Shown here piece by piece: positions 1 to 15,400 of a DNA stretch of 64,000 bases. Each line of letters opens with the position of its first letter. Within the stretch, counting starts at the first letter, position 1. The DNA is from Tubulanus polymorphus (lineage: Eukaryota > Animalia > Nemertea). Where the stretch lies: positions 11,168,655 to 11,232,654 of the forward strand of contig NC_134033.1 in NCBI RefSeq assembly GCF_964204645.1. The letters are read 5' to 3'. The translations under genes were made by a program, and so were the position numbers. A model generated the notes under the pieces. That model had not been told where the DNA came from. It was given only the letters and a program-made list of their open reading frames with translations, and ran no database searches.

Positions 1-440
1 TTAACTTTATTTAACCCTCCACCACCGATAATAATCTGACCAAATTTTGAAATATTTTCAAGAAGGCAAACCATGATCCAAAACAAGCGAAGTTTATCGA
101 TCGGAAAATCTACTTAAATTCCAAATGGTGCATCGAACTACCGTAGACACTTGAAAGTATTTGAATTGATGAAAAAATTTTTCTTGAATAAATTTCTTTC
201 AGCCACCAATATTTTTTTCTGCTTTTCAAAACAGTCAATTACATGAGCATAGTTTGAACGTAAGACAAAAAATTCAATACCGATACAGAAACAAAAATAT
301 GAAACAAGGTCTGCAATTGTATGCTTTTAGCACTGTACTTCCGTTTCTTACTGGTCCATCCATCGCCAAACTATATCCCCCGCTCAGAGCTGAACTGTTT
401 TGAAAAGTATTAAATCCCGTATCGTGTGTCTGTTACTCAC

Positions 441-3400
441 CTTATCAACGCCAATTTTACGGCAAGCTTCCAGAAAATTCTCGACGTTGCGACGACATTT
501 CGCCATACTCAAATTCGGCTGCAAAAACAAGAGCAAAAACAACGATTAGTGAAAGTTAATGCAACAAAAGTTTATATCGTTAACATGAAAAAAAATTCCG
601 AGTGACAATTTCCTGGTGGTCAGATTAACCGGTGCCGTTTCTCTGTCCGCAGTATATAAATTTCAGGTCCCTATTTGGATAGAATGGGCTTGAATTGAAT
701 TTCTTTTGAAAAGACCTGATAACAAAGCACATCATTTCCTCCCGGTTACCCCACATGAAACAAGCATTTCAGAAACCCTGCAGGAAAACACAAAACAAAT
801 CCGTTTCTGGCTTGTTTCACGACTGTCTCTATGCTTTGAATTATGTTTCGCTAAGTGCGCTAGGGTTAAGAATTACTTTGTCCCAATCTCAAAACGGCAA
901 CAAAAGAGTGCTGTACAACAACTGTGAATGAAGAAAAATAGTCAATAAATCTGTTTGATTCGATGAATGGATTGGGAATTCCTGCACTTTTTACCAACTG
1001 TTTACGCGATTAATCCAGAGCTGTCTGATATGACAATTATTTCTGATTTATTTCATGCGCGAATTTCTGAAGACGCAAACGTAAATTCTTCGCAAACAAT
1101 GATCTTAATGATAACAAAACTAGCAAAAACAACAAGACAATCATGATTATCGGAAAATCTATTCATTAAAAAGAAAAATCTGCCGCCGACATAGGGAGTC
1201 CTTTTAGAGTTCTTTTTGTTTCCTTATGTTTTTAATAATAAATGTTTTGTCTTTAAAAGCTGTTGGAACTAAATCTATAAAGGAGTACAAAAATGTAAAA
1301 CAGGCCGGGTTAAAACAGGAGTAAAACGGTGGCAAAACGGTTTCGAATTTTAAACGTCATTTTCACAAAGATGAATCGCTTGAAGATTTTATTGGTTTTA
1401 TTTCTTGTTGTAGCCGGTAAGTGATTTGAACCTATCATCCAGGCACCAGTTGTCCTAGCGGCCAATTTTCCTGGGGCCAAATATCTCGAGGCCAATATTA
1501 ATTAATGATACGGTTTTAACAGATTTCAGAGAAAGTTCTCAGAATATAATTCAATTTGCGATGATGGTCTATCACGCGTCGAGGATGACATATTCAGATT
1601 TGATTGGTTATGGAAACTGGTGTGGTAGTGGTGGAAGTGGCGCCCAAGTCGATCAAATTGACAGGTACCGAGGGCTTATCCATTGATAACAAAATGCAGA
1701 GTAAGGGAACAGTTGCTGAAAGATTGTTCATTTTAATCAGTGTTTGAATACAAAAGCAAGTTTCTGAACAGGTGTTTAATGTTAACCAGTGTTCAAATAC
1801 CACGATCTAGGGGAAAGGTTGTTCAATTCTATTCAATATTCATTTCATAGAGAAGCCGAAATAGAAAATCAGGGATGAAAAATAAATTTACCATTTAAAA
1901 CGGCAGACGAAAATGCTTAACAGTGTCAAAATACCATAATACAAACAAAGAGATGCTGAAAGATGGCTTCACGTTAAAATACAGGGAAACAAAACCAGTC
2001 CCTGATTCGTAAATTCGTTATTCTATTATTGTCACAGTTGCTGTTACGCTCACGACCGATGCTGGGATAATCTATTAGCTGCCGGTGGGGAATGTAAAAA
2101 TAAATCATTGTTGGCATTGTTTTGGTTGACGTACAGCTGGAAATGTAAATCCGACGGTCAAATAGAGTGCAGTAAGTAACAACCTCAGCCCTTGTTTCAT
2201 ACATATCTAAGGTTAACCCTTCCAGTGCTGACTAATTAATACCCTATCGTGCTGGAGATAATTTGAAAATTTAAAAAAATTCCACCCTAGTGTGTTGAAT
2301 AACGGGAATACCACTATAATGCGTCTACACCGCGGTGTGGCGTATCGTTAGTCACTAGTATTTCACTGTTTGACAGGTGCTGCCATTTTTCAAGAGATAA
2401 TTACTAATCACTGATATCATCAATACACCGCATTGCGGTGTACTAGCAATATCCATCACCAATTTGTACACCGCACTGCGGTGTAGACGCACTGAAAGGG
2501 TTAAGCTTAAATCCTAAGGTCAGTTTGCCGCAGTTGCATAATATAACTGAAGACTTTTTGGACGGCACTTTTGGGGTAATAGAAGGGATGTATTTGGAGG
2601 GTTCCATCCACCCTCGGCAGGGATTCGAACCTGATGGTATCGTTACACTCAGCGACAGCGCGACACCCTGCCATACTAGACCGGGGTAGGGAGGATAATG
2701 AATGCACAGCCGGCATTAGGTAATTAGACGATGATATCGATGAAGGTTGACGTTGGTTCCACGGTGCGAACGCGGCTATAGAGAAAATTGAGATTTTAGT
2801 CAGTATCTATTTATACTGAACCGGTTTGTTTCAGGGAACAGTTTCTGGGGTTCAGCGAGCACGAAGAGATGTAAGAAAGCTTTGTGCGAATGCGATCGAA
2901 TCGCAGCCGATTGTTTCAGAGCTTCGAAACACGTTTATAACGGTAGCAATAAAGACTAAAATTGGAGGAAAAATAACCGGCTTAAAACTTAGTCTCGGGT
3001 GTTGAAATTGGAAGCGTTGAGTGGAACTGAGGTTCTTGATCATGTTCTGCAGTAAGAACATCTTGACTACTTGAGTTCACAAAGACTAGAGAGGTGTAAG
3101 TAGTGAAAATACACGATATCCATGTAAGATGAATATACGAGAAAAATCTTGAAAAGAAGTATAAAATACATATTTGAGCAACGTCCAATACACCTGACGA
3201 TGGCTATTAGTATTCATCAGAAATGTTGCTCAAATACAAATACACTTCTATTCAAGAACTTTTCATCTTTGGTTGAATTATTGTGGGATTAGCCTTGAGA
3301 AAACAATAAACACTATCCCTGGTAAGCACGGAATCAACACTAGCCCATTCAGCAAGGAATCAACACCAGCCCATTCAGCAAGGAATCAACACTAGCCCAT

Positions 3401-6400
3401 TCAGCAAGGAATCAACACTAGCCCTGGTAAGCAAGGAATCAACACTAGTCCATTAAGCAAGGAATCAACACTAGCCCTGGGAAGTGAGCAATATACTTAC
3501 AACTGCTGGTGATGGTACGTGTATACTCGACACAGATCTTGGACGTATGTGGTTGGCAAGGTGACACAATACAACGCCATCTTTTAGTGCAGACGGTAAA
3601 TCCTCGGGTAACGACACTTTTAATCTCGCTTCAATATCCTACAATATACAAAACATTCAATCAGTGATCGACACCTCACACGGCGCTTTAACAAGAAAAC
3701 TATGACGCCTTGAAAAATAAAACATATTGCTTCATATTGTTGACAATAAGTAATATAATAATACAAATATTAAGGATCAATAAAGCTATTTTGGATTTGA
3801 ATATATCAATGATTGAATTGGATTGGAGCGGTAACCAGTCTAACCCAGATATATCTAATATCAGTTTTTGTACCTTGCGTAGATTTTCCATTAATTCCAT
3901 ATCATTACACGCTTGATCTAAATGCCGTCGAATCGTGAAATTCGGATTGAAATTCGCCAGCGATTTCGGTGGGGTAGCTGTAAATGCTGAAACGAAGAAG
4001 AAAATAAATACCGGCGGTACACTACGTTCCACGCGGTTCGTAGTAAATTAACGCCTACCAGATCTGGGTTTAATATGACTGGAAATGGTCGAAGATATTT
4101 GCGCATCGTTCTGACTTTGACCTTTGTTGTCGTTAAGCGATTTCGGAGACGCGGGTATATCCTCGCTAACGCTGCCCGAATTGGCAGTTCTCTGTGAAAC
4201 AATGACAAAACATATTGAATTAAATACATATCAAAAATACATTGAATCGTTGCGCTAAAGATTTAACAAAAAGGTTTCATATTTCAATAAATGATTCAGA
4301 TTTGATAAATTGTACCCAGTTCCACAGACCCGAGTTATCGTAGATGCAAAGCTTAAATTACTGGTGGTTCATTTAAAACTTTCAATTCTCAAATCACATT
4401 TGAGAAAGTCTGTGAGATTAGAACTCTAGTCATTATAAGTTAAAATATTCCAAAAATATACGGAAAGTTAAAATGTTGCTATTTCAAAACATATACGACC
4501 ATTGAGTGTAATACTACGTATCTCAGGTGGAACTTGATCCTCGGTGGAACTGGATTCTCGACTATAACTGAGCAGTAACATGCAGTTTCAATGATAGTGT
4601 TTATATATAGAATAAGGTGTCATTCGATGCATGCAAAACCATTCATAAAATATCCTGAACTTTCTATATTCCATGACCGCGAGTATTCCACTCCGGCCTT
4701 TAAACCAATGATTCCACGACTGTGGAACTGGGTTCAGGAACCTGTCCCACAATCCACCAGTTCCACAGTTGAGTCTTACAATCACTAAAAGCTTACCTGC
4801 TACTTACTAAGATCTCATAATCAATCTAACAAATTGAGATTCATTTCCAGATTTGCTACTAATTCTTGTTTAATTCATGTCTCTAACAGGGCCCAGAATC
4901 TATTCTATTCTTGTTTAGTATCCAAATTATCAATCAATATTAGGACAGAAATCCAAAATGCAACAAATAGTTAGTTAGCATCTATGGCAAGCGAGGAAAG
5001 GGGAATTCAAACATGCTATGAACAGACAGACACATACCTCGACCTCACGACCTTGAGTAGAGGTTGTGTCTTTGACCGTTTTCTTATGAGAAGGAAACGA
5101 AAAACGAAAAAAAATCACAATCAAACTCAAAACATAAACAGAATTTAATGAAATCCGGGATCTGTAGGGTTGATTTGTGATGATTGTATAATTTTGTTTA
5201 GCGAACATATTAACTATTACACAGATCCGGTTCCAGAGTTCGCGATATGAGCCGCGATCACACCAAGAGAATTTGACCCGGGCCAAACAGACACAGACCC
5301 TTTTGGCACCCGCGTGAACAGTTGTTCCAAAAATGATCGTGTGATCGCGGCTTTAGTCGGACTCGACAGTTAAAATCAAAATAAGTTATTTTCAATGTTG
5401 TAAATCCGAGAGTAAAACTTGAAACTGAAGAGTTTAAGAATTCACCGTATCTACTAAAATCAAACGGTAATGTCGTGTTTAGCGGCGTAGGTGTAAGTTC
5501 TAACTCGATACGTTGTTCAAATTTCAATCATTTCTAAATATACGTGTAATTGGAACAAAAGCAGGATGATTTGAGTTAAAAAGTAGAAAAAAATAAAAAG
5601 AAGTGAAAAATCTAATTTTGCTTCCAACCCAAAACTGTGGATGTTGGGAGTTATGATAGAACCGTTAATAAATGCACCTTATCATATACATTCATCCATG
5701 TCAAGAAAAAACCCACTAACAAACCACTGAGAAAGAATCAAAAAGACCCGATTTGAGAAAGCAAAGATTAATCTAAATGTTCAACTTTTTACAAGCAGAT
5801 TTTTTTAACCTGTTCATTTTCGTGGAAATCGATTGTAAAATTGTCCACTAGGTGGCGCTCGTCGCTGGGTTCGAATGAATATCCGGTTTGTAAATAACCA
5901 GTCTGCAGTAAACATAAATAGATACACGGTCCGTAAAATTAACGAAAATACAATGCTAATGAAATAAATCAAAATAAAGGGCGAAAACTAATGATTTCTA
6001 CTGATGAAATAATAATAACTGTACGAAATACGACAACAAAATGACGTGACACAAATCGACGAATCAGCTCTAAGCTGAACTGGAGCAAGCCAATCAAGAG
6101 CCAGGAAAATCAGGTATGCACAACGATGACATCATCAGCTTGATTAGCCCATCGGCCAATAACTGAGCTGAATCGGGCCCAAGCCCGAACAGCCCGAGCA
6201 CTTGTTGGGTAATCGAATATCATTAGTAGATGAGTGACCTATTTATCAAAATCGACCGACAGTTGGAATTCGTGACAAGATGGATGAAAACTGGGTCAAA
6301 ACTAGGTGACAGTTGAATCAAATACTGTACATGTATTCACTAATTCATGACTCGTTAATTCAATAAGTCACGAATAGTGAAAATAATAATCTACTACGAG

Positions 6401-9400
6401 ACACGAGACAGACACGAGAGACAGATCGATCGACGATGAAATGAAACTATTACCTTTGATAGGTATGAATAAACCGACTCTTTATGTAAACGATACATGC
6501 GATTTTTCTCATCTTCGATGCGTTTTTGAACGAGTCCCGCTTCGTGAATGTGTTGCGTGCGAATCAATTCGTGTCGATGTCGAAATTCTTCCTCCTGTCG
6601 TCGTGAGCAACCAGAAAAAAAACGTCATGAAATATATCATAAGTGCTGCTTATATAGAGTCCTATTGTATTATATATTAGAAGTGTATATTTCTCACTGT
6701 CAATCAGTAATCTCTACCTGGTGAGAGAAGTGATAATGATATTATAACCCCCTAGCCTATATCTGTAACTGTGTATCAGTCATCTCTCCCTGGTGAGAGA
6801 AGTGACAATGATATTATAACCCCCTAGCCTATATCTGTAACTGTGTATCAGTGATCTCTCCCTGGTGAGAGAAGTGATAATGATATTATAACCCCTAGCC
6901 TATATCTGTAACTGTGTATCAGTCATCTCTCCCTGGTGAGAGAAGTGATAATGATATTATAACCCCTAGCCTATATCTGTAACTGTGTATCAGTCATCTC
7001 TCCCTGGTGAGAGAAGTGACAATGATATCATAACCCCCTAGCCTATATCTGTAACTGTGTATCAGTCATCTCTCCCTGGTGAGAGAAGTGATAATGATAT
7101 TATAACCCCTAGCCTATATATGTAACTGTGTATCAGTCATCTCTCCCTGGTGAGAGAAGTGACAATGATATTATAACCCCTAGCCTATATCTGTAACTGT
7201 GTATCAGTCATCTCTCCCTGGTGAGAGAAGTGATAATGATATTATAACCCCTAGCCTATATATGTAACTGTGTATCAGTCATCTCTCCCTGGTGAGAGAA
7301 GTGATAATGATATTATAACCCCTAGCCTATATATGTAACTGTGTATCAGTCATCTCTCCCTGGTGAGAGAAGTGATAATGATATTATAACCCCCTAGCCT
7401 ATATCTGTAACTGTGTATCAGTGATCTCTCCCTGGTGAGAGAAGTGATAATGATATTATAACCCCTAGCCTATATCTGTAACTGTGTATCAGTCATCTCT
7501 CCCTGGTGAGAGAAGTGATAATGATATCATAACCCCTAGCCTTTATATGTAACTGTGTATCAGTCATCTCTCCCTGGTGAGAGAAGTGATAATGATATTA
7601 TAACCCCTAGCCTATATCTGTAACTGTGTATCAGTCATCTCTACCTGGTGAGAGAAGTGATAATGATATCATAACCCCTAGCCTATATCTGTAACTGTGT
7701 ATCAGTCATCTCTCCCTGGTGAGAAGTGACATTGGTACACATCATTACCCCCTAGTTTCTGTGTATGTAAAGTTCTCTCTCCCTGGGAAGAGATTATTGC
7801 AAGGTTCGAGGTTTGAACCCAAGTTGTGAATATGCTGAAACCACTAACCCATGCCAGTTTAGTAAGTTTTCAAAATGAAAACTGAAAAGTATGATGGATT
7901 GACTCGTTTTTGAAATGAAGGTTTTTTTGGGATAAAATATCAAGTGTGTTATTTTTTCACAAACTCGTTAACAATAACAGGAATACAATTATATATGAAA
8001 TGAGGACCGGAACTCTGCGTTTTATGAAACATCAGCAAACATTTTTGTGCCTATACCTGAACTATTCTTAGGTCGAACATAAACCAATCAGTAGATGGTA
8101 CTCAAATGTTTAGGCCACAGCAACAAGGAAATTAATTACTTCAAACAAATGATATTTTTGCGATGAACTTTCGTGAAAACGCAGGGACCAGTTTTCAAAC
8201 TACATGCTTTTCTGCGTGAATAAACTTCTTAGAGAAAACAAGACAAAAACTCACCGGTGGTAAACTCGTTAGATGGTTTATAGGAATATTTGTGGAGCCG
8301 TGAAGCGGCACCGCCTGCTGACTAGATACCGAACCATTACTAGCAACGCTGCAAATATACATGACATTTTCGTTTGAATCTGGAATAAATTGCGACGTAT
8401 ATTCAGGAGCAACGAACACAAACCTATTCCTTCCATTAACTTGCAGTTCTTCAGTCTCCGGCAGACCGTTATTCTTCACGTGAGCGCCACCTGGTGAGCC
8501 ATCCGATGACGTACGTCGATAGTTATTATTCGTTCGCGTTTTATCATCCTTCACGCTACCTCCGGATACTAGGTGGCGCTTTGGACTGTAAGATAATCAT
8601 CAATAACTGAAATGGTGTTTTGGATTTTCATTTGGTTTCCCCCCCGAGTTCTGGCAAAAAGTGGTTACAATAAATTTGCACACTTGACTGCTTACAATCT
8701 GACGATCTGATCTATGTCAACCTGAGTCAGGATTCAAGCCTAAAATCTATACCTTTCTTTTTCTTGTTCTGCTGATTGTTTTTGTAGTGATTTCTGTTGT
8801 TGTTGAACCTGCGCAGCTAGCGTTGAAGGCGGCGGCTGATAGCTAGAAAATAACGCATTTACATGATTAACTGTAAATACACGACACACTGTTACAGGAC
8901 ACTGCGTTACAGACCAGACTACCGGACATCTTTAATATATATCTCTAAATTGACACGAAAAATGGTTGTTTCATCGGAAATGAATGAAAAAATTGTTCAG
9001 GTTTTAACATATTTTTAGGAGTAGTTGAGCTCTGAAAAAGAGTAGAAACCACTCTCGAAAAGTGGACATAGTCAGGTCTGTTTTCTTCGATGATTTCAAT
9101 CCAATTTATGTTTTTGATAAACATTAAGAGGACAACGTATATAACCCCTGCAAGTGATACATACACTCAGTATTGAAATCTTATGAGATGTGCAAGAAGA
9201 AAATATACAGCAAATCAGAATATTTTGTTTCTTCATTAAGAAGATGATTACTGTAAATGTACAATCAAAGTAGAGATTTAAGGCTAATCTAATAAATATC
9301 ACATCCTCAGAACTAAGTCTCAAGACTCGGCCAATGGTCTCCGTTTTGGCTTAATCAAGAAGCATGTCAAGCAAGAGACCGGCTGTGATTAGCTAAAACA

Positions 9401-12400
9401 TAAACTGTTGTCTAAGCTAGTCTACCAATCAGAACTAAGAAGCGTTAATTGATTGTTTCCGGGTGAAAAGAAAATATTCTGATTGAAATCTGTATTGAAT
9501 TTATGACATCGAGTACATTTGGAATGATGACGATGAAAAACGAGGCAATTTTTGGCCAAAATAAGCATCGAAATCGATTACTGAATTCAGATTTCATCTA
9601 CCCAGTTTTTCATGGAAAAAAATTCAAAACTAGTCAAACTTTTTTTGCGAATCAGGATGGTTTAATAAGCGTATCTTAATGCCGTGAACGATCTATCGAT
9701 AAATGCGATAACCGCAAAAATATATCGTTGGCAACAAAAGCAAAATGCAGAGCGTGATGAGTGAAGAATGAATGATGCCATCGAGGAACCATTGGGGACA
9801 ATCGCAGCAAGAAAACGGAGAAATTGTCAGAATATTTGAGCGAAATCTTTTCCAAATGGTTCCCGGACGGTGAAAAAGTGTAAGAAAGCGACGAGTAAAC
9901 ATTGACAAAAAATTTACGATATCTTCTTCTACATAAATGAGATTTTCCCAAAACTGCCGAAAAATCCCGGAAAATATTCGAACGCGCGCTGATCGCCGAA
10001 AACCATAACGCGGCTTTACAACATCGAAACCCGGCTCCACCTACTAACAACGCCCCCTAGTGACCGCTTCATTTATTACCTATAACAGTTATCCACCGTG
10101 AGACGGTGCGGCCGAGTGACCGTCCTTTAATGACGCAAAGAATATGGAAAAAAAAAATGAACAAACATGAACAAAATTTTATGAGGATGAAAATGATGAG
10201 ATGTCAATCAAATTACGCAAACTTAGACATACAACACAGCACGCCCCGTGTCAATCACAGACACAAAACACGCCCCTTAATATGACACGCCCCTTAAATC
10301 AACTCCACCCTGACACGCCCTGTGCTTCTTCATCAGTCCGGTCAGTATCGATATCGTATACGATTGATATTTATAAATAGATTAATGAGATTAGTAAGCG
10401 ATAGATACTGATAGAATATCGATTGATTAGACTTAGACGCACAATCAATATTATTGATTACTGAACGCAATGAGGACCCTGGTGTCACTTCCGGCTACTC
10501 CACCAGATGGCGTGACCTCTTGATCTTATGAAAATTGACGATAGAATTGATCGAATATGAGAAGAAATTCAGAGTCGATGCCCTATTCCTATTGTACCCG
10601 ATGGAGCCACCTGGTGGATTCTCACTCGCGTCAGTTGAGTCCTCATTGATTATTGATCACCTGTTGATAACGGTCTCGTCGTATGATTGAGACGAGCGAA
10701 GTAGGTGTCGAATTTTCCTACAAATCGAAATTCTTCGAATTTAAAGAAATCAAGTCACGAAGCACGGGTAGTATATAAGTAAGCTTGAAACCCTGCCCGA
10801 TGCGACCCCAAAATATTCAGTATCACATGAAGAAAAGCAATATTTATAAAATGCCAGGCTGCGACCATAAAGCTCTCATTCATAAAAATATAATGAAAAC
10901 CAAAATTGTCAAATATTTTCAAACTCTGAACTCTGGATATGATTCCACTGTACTGGTCGCGACAGTTCCCACTGGTGCCAGGATTTGCTATACAGTTTAA
11001 TTCAACGTTTAATGAGTTAAAGGAAAGGAACTTTATATCTTAGATCCATGGATCAGTTGCTCAGTCATGGCTTAGATTTGAGACCATTTGAAGACCGATG
11101 TAATTCTATAACCGATCTTACAACGTCTTAAATTTTAAGACCGCTTTTGGACTCGAGTCATGATTGTGCAACTGTGTGAGTTTAACGTCAACCAACTAAT
11201 GTGGAAATGAATCCTGGGGCCGGTTGCATAGTCATGGTTTAGACTTAAGACCAGTCTAAGACCAACTTAGTTCTATAGCCAATCTAACAACTTAAGACCA
11301 TTCTTAACATTTAAGACCACTTTTGGACTTCAAGTCACGACTGTGCAACTGGCCCCTGGTCTTATAAAACCGGTCTCAGAACTTTCTCAGAACTAGGTCT
11401 GGTTTTACGCGATATCAGAAATAATGGAGTCAAAATCGATAAATATTCCAAACTTCCCAAGAAGTCGCTTAACAACCCGATTTCTAGCGTTATAAACGAG
11501 GTACCTGTTCGTAGAGGGATCTTTTTTCGCTAATTGTCGTTCGATCAACGCTTTTTGTTCGTCCTGCAATTTTTGAGCTAGTCTTCTCCTTTCATCTTTC
11601 TCTTCTTCTTCCTCCTTCTCGCGACGTATTTGTTCCGCTCGCGTTTTTCGAGCTTCGTATTCGGCTTTTTGTCGTTGTAATTCCTGCGTAGATTATCGAG
11701 ATACGTTTTCAGACTCTTGTTTCCAGTTACTACCGTATTTTCCCGGAATATAAACCCGGGAATACGGGAAAGTTCGATAGATAAAATAAAATCATTTGAC
11801 AAGTAGACAACCTCTAAATAGTGCTATCAGTAACAAATTGAATTTTTTCAGTAACATTTCATTGAAATATGAAAGAAAATTTTCAAATTAATCAGCAATT
11901 CACAGTAAGACCCTCAGTAACATCTTTCATATTTCTGTTCAAATCAATCAGTAATCAACAGTAAGACCATCAGTAACATCTTTCATATTTCTGTATGCAT
12001 CAAACAAATCTAATCAGTATTTCTGGTTGCAAAATCGTGAAAATACTGAAAATCAGGAATAGTTGACAGCTCTGCAATGTCAAAGGTAGACGAACCTCAG
12101 AGGCAGCTGAACGGGGACTTACCCTCGTGAATGCATCCATGGCCTCAGCTGATGGAGAAGGCGTTGCATAGCTCGATGAAGACGACGAAGCCGGACTGGA
12201 AGGAGTTTTCGGATTGTCTGTAATGGATGGCGCGGGCGCGCTGCTGCGTCGATCCATACCCGGCGTACTGTTAGCGCTGCGAGACTGCGCGATCGGTCGT
12301 CGGTCGGTTCCCGGAGTCGGATTACTCACTTTACGCGCCGGAGTCGCCGGTTCGCTCACCGGAGTACCGACTATGAACATCGGTCGTTGTGGTTGTTGTC

Positions 12401-15400
12401 CGCGTAGAGTCCGCGCCGTGTCGCCGGCTTTTAGCGTTTGATTTTCGTCTACTAAATGTGGAGCCTGCGAATATAGAAACGGAATAATTGGAGAAATAGA
12501 TTGTAAAACGAAAATGAAATCATACATACATAAAGTAGAATAGCAGCTGACCGGTACTGTTTATCTGTAAACTGGTAACTCAGTGGTTTTGTAAGCAAAT
12601 TTTTATTCTTTACACTATCTAAATTTGGTTTCTTATTTGGTAACGGCCGAACTAAAACTTCTAATTGCCTATTTCTCAAAATTTAAAAAGAGTTTTGGGC
12701 ATTTTTTTCAAGTAAAACGAGTTTCGAGCACATTCAAAAGCATTTTCCATTTTAAAAGGAGTTTTGAAGGAATCGAGGAGGTGTACTGGACCCGGTAACA
12801 CTCTGGATACACCCCTGGAAAGTGAGACTCTGAACCCACCCCTGGTAAGTGAGTATATACCTGTGTTTCTGAAGGATCAGTCGTATAACCGGAATCGGTT
12901 GTGTGTCGTTTTTTTCTCGTCTCCCCCGGCGATGAAGTGTGATTTTCTAAACTATTGATCAAATGAGTGCGGAAATCATCGGGTCTGAAAAAAAAAAACA
13001 CGATAAAATTCACGAGATTTACTGCAGAAATATGTAGCTAGATGGCGTTTCGCAAGGTTAGTCACAAAATCTTTCCAAATTCCAGAAAGAATATGAACAA
13101 TTCAAGCAAATTAGCTGATTTTCAGCTAAACTCGTATCATTGAGAAATTCTATACAAAATCAGCTGAAATTGCTGAATAATGTGGATGTTTCAGTTCATG
13201 ATCCAAATTCCAATTGATGAGGGTCAGCTCTGCTCCAGTCTACAACCCGGTGGTTTAACAGGCACTGGTAGTTCAGACCAAGTTCGAAGGTGGCTGACTT
13301 CGATATCTTCAGCAGGGTCGCTGTAGTTCAGAACTTGGTTCAAGATGGCTGACACAAGGACCTAACTATAGTGGATTCAATAATAGGTTCCGACTGAAAA
13401 CCAAATATCCCCATACAGGAAGAATGACTGCACCAGCTGCCACCTGAAGGCTGGTATGTAGATACTTACAAGGTGTACAGAGCTGCCACCTGGTGGTTGG
13501 GTATGTAGATACTTACACGGTGTACAGAGTTGCCACCCGGTGGTTGGGTATGTAGATACACACGGTGTGTACGGAGCTGCCACCTGGTGGCGGGTATGTA
13601 GATACTTACACGGTGTGTACGGAGCTGCCACCTGGTGGTGGGGTATGTAGATACTTACACGTCGTGTACGGAGCTGCCACCTGGTGGCGGCGGGGTATGT
13701 AGATACTTACACAGTGTGTACGGAGCTGCCACCTAGTGGTGGGTATGTAGATACTAACACAGTGTGTACGGAGCTGCCACCTGGTGGCGGGTATGTAGAT
13801 ACTTACACAGTGTGTACGGAAGCTGATTTACGGAAATGTCGTCTGACGTCACAATCGCTGAGAACTCCTCGTTTACGATCTTCTTTAATCGCTTCCATTT
13901 GTAAATATTTCATTATGTGCACGCGACCCTTCGTACATATCTGGAATGACAGAAACAGTATAGATTTACACTGAAATCACATCCCAATCTACGGTAAACC
14001 CGTCTCAAAATTGTTCAAAATTTAAACTTACTAGAAATGCTAAGCCAAGGCTCTATTTTGCGAATAAGTTGAACTCATAATTTTACTTAAATCACTTTCG
14101 GTTACCCTCAACTTATCTTTAAGGTAAAATTAGTAGTTTCGTGGTTTCCTTTCCCCTCAAACACCGAGTGCCACTAAGGCATTATTAGCAAGTTTGAGGT
14201 TATAAGTAGGTTCATCTTTTCTACTCAACCCATTGAGGGCTGCTCAAAGCTTATTAACAGTTTATAGGTGTTTTTTTTCTTAATCTCATTGATGGAAGGA
14301 GAGAGACAAGCGAGAAAAGAATTCCGACCTCAAAACCCAGGTACAACAAGGATTCAAACGAATGAAACCCGGCGAAAAATATACCTTTCCAACTTGGCAT
14401 TATTTATATACACAATACATTCTACATTGCGTTATGAGGCATAAAAAGACCTCACACTGAGAGTATTACTTAGTATTATACGTAGTTATCACTTTGTCAA
14501 TATTGTTGGTTTTGACACGTCGCCGTTAGTAGCAGCTCTGAGATGAGTCGCGTAATCACGATCTTCGTCCGAAAGTGGTATCGCATCGTAGTGTTAGATT
14601 CGGTTAAGAGCTAAGATGGCCCAAGCCTGGTTTTAAATCTGAGCCTCAACCGCTCAACAGGCCCCCTGTATTCTCCGAAGGAACAGAGGCTTGATTCACG
14701 GTAATGGAATGGGGGCTAACAACAACAACGCAAAGAACGAGCAACGATATTGTTCATGCATAAACCATTCCTATGCTATATAAATGTTGATTATACCACA
14801 TTTTTTTAGCATAAAGAGGAATGCATGGAAAAATGGTCATAAAAGCGCTGCATCTCGTCAGAGTGAATCAACATTGGGATGGGATGACAATTATTATACT
14901 GTATGGCGAATAAGGAAGTGAAAAACTACAGCCAGATGGCACCCGGCCAATTATCATGTAGACTCTTCTAATTACCCCTACTGATTATCGTTGTGTCTAA
15001 TTACCATACCACGCACACCAGCCAGCATGTTAATGCATGCTTAGCAGTACTGACAACGTATTTCAATTTTCACAATGTTTTATGGCTATACAGCCAACAT
15101 AAAGAGCAATTCGTACAGTTTTATGTTAAGCTTCGCATCAGTAAAATAAGTCACGGTTAATGAATTTTCTCGCAACCGAGGCTGTTTTTCAGCGGCTGGC
15201 ACGTGAAATTTTGAAATATCTCGAGAATCCTAAAAATATTCCGCGGGGAACAGAAGTCGAATAGTTGAAGTCTAGCCGTAACTATTTCACTTCTTACAGA
15301 CCAGTTTTGTTATATAACCAATCTAACAACATAGGACTAATCTTAGACCATTCTGGTCAGTGGCGCCACCTGGAGAAATGTTGAATAGTTTAAATTATGC

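Noticed and set aside
6700-7735. Regular repeat array resembling CRISPR
   Set aside because: Units are contiguous with no unique spacers, there are no cas genes, and the context is a eukaryotic intron.
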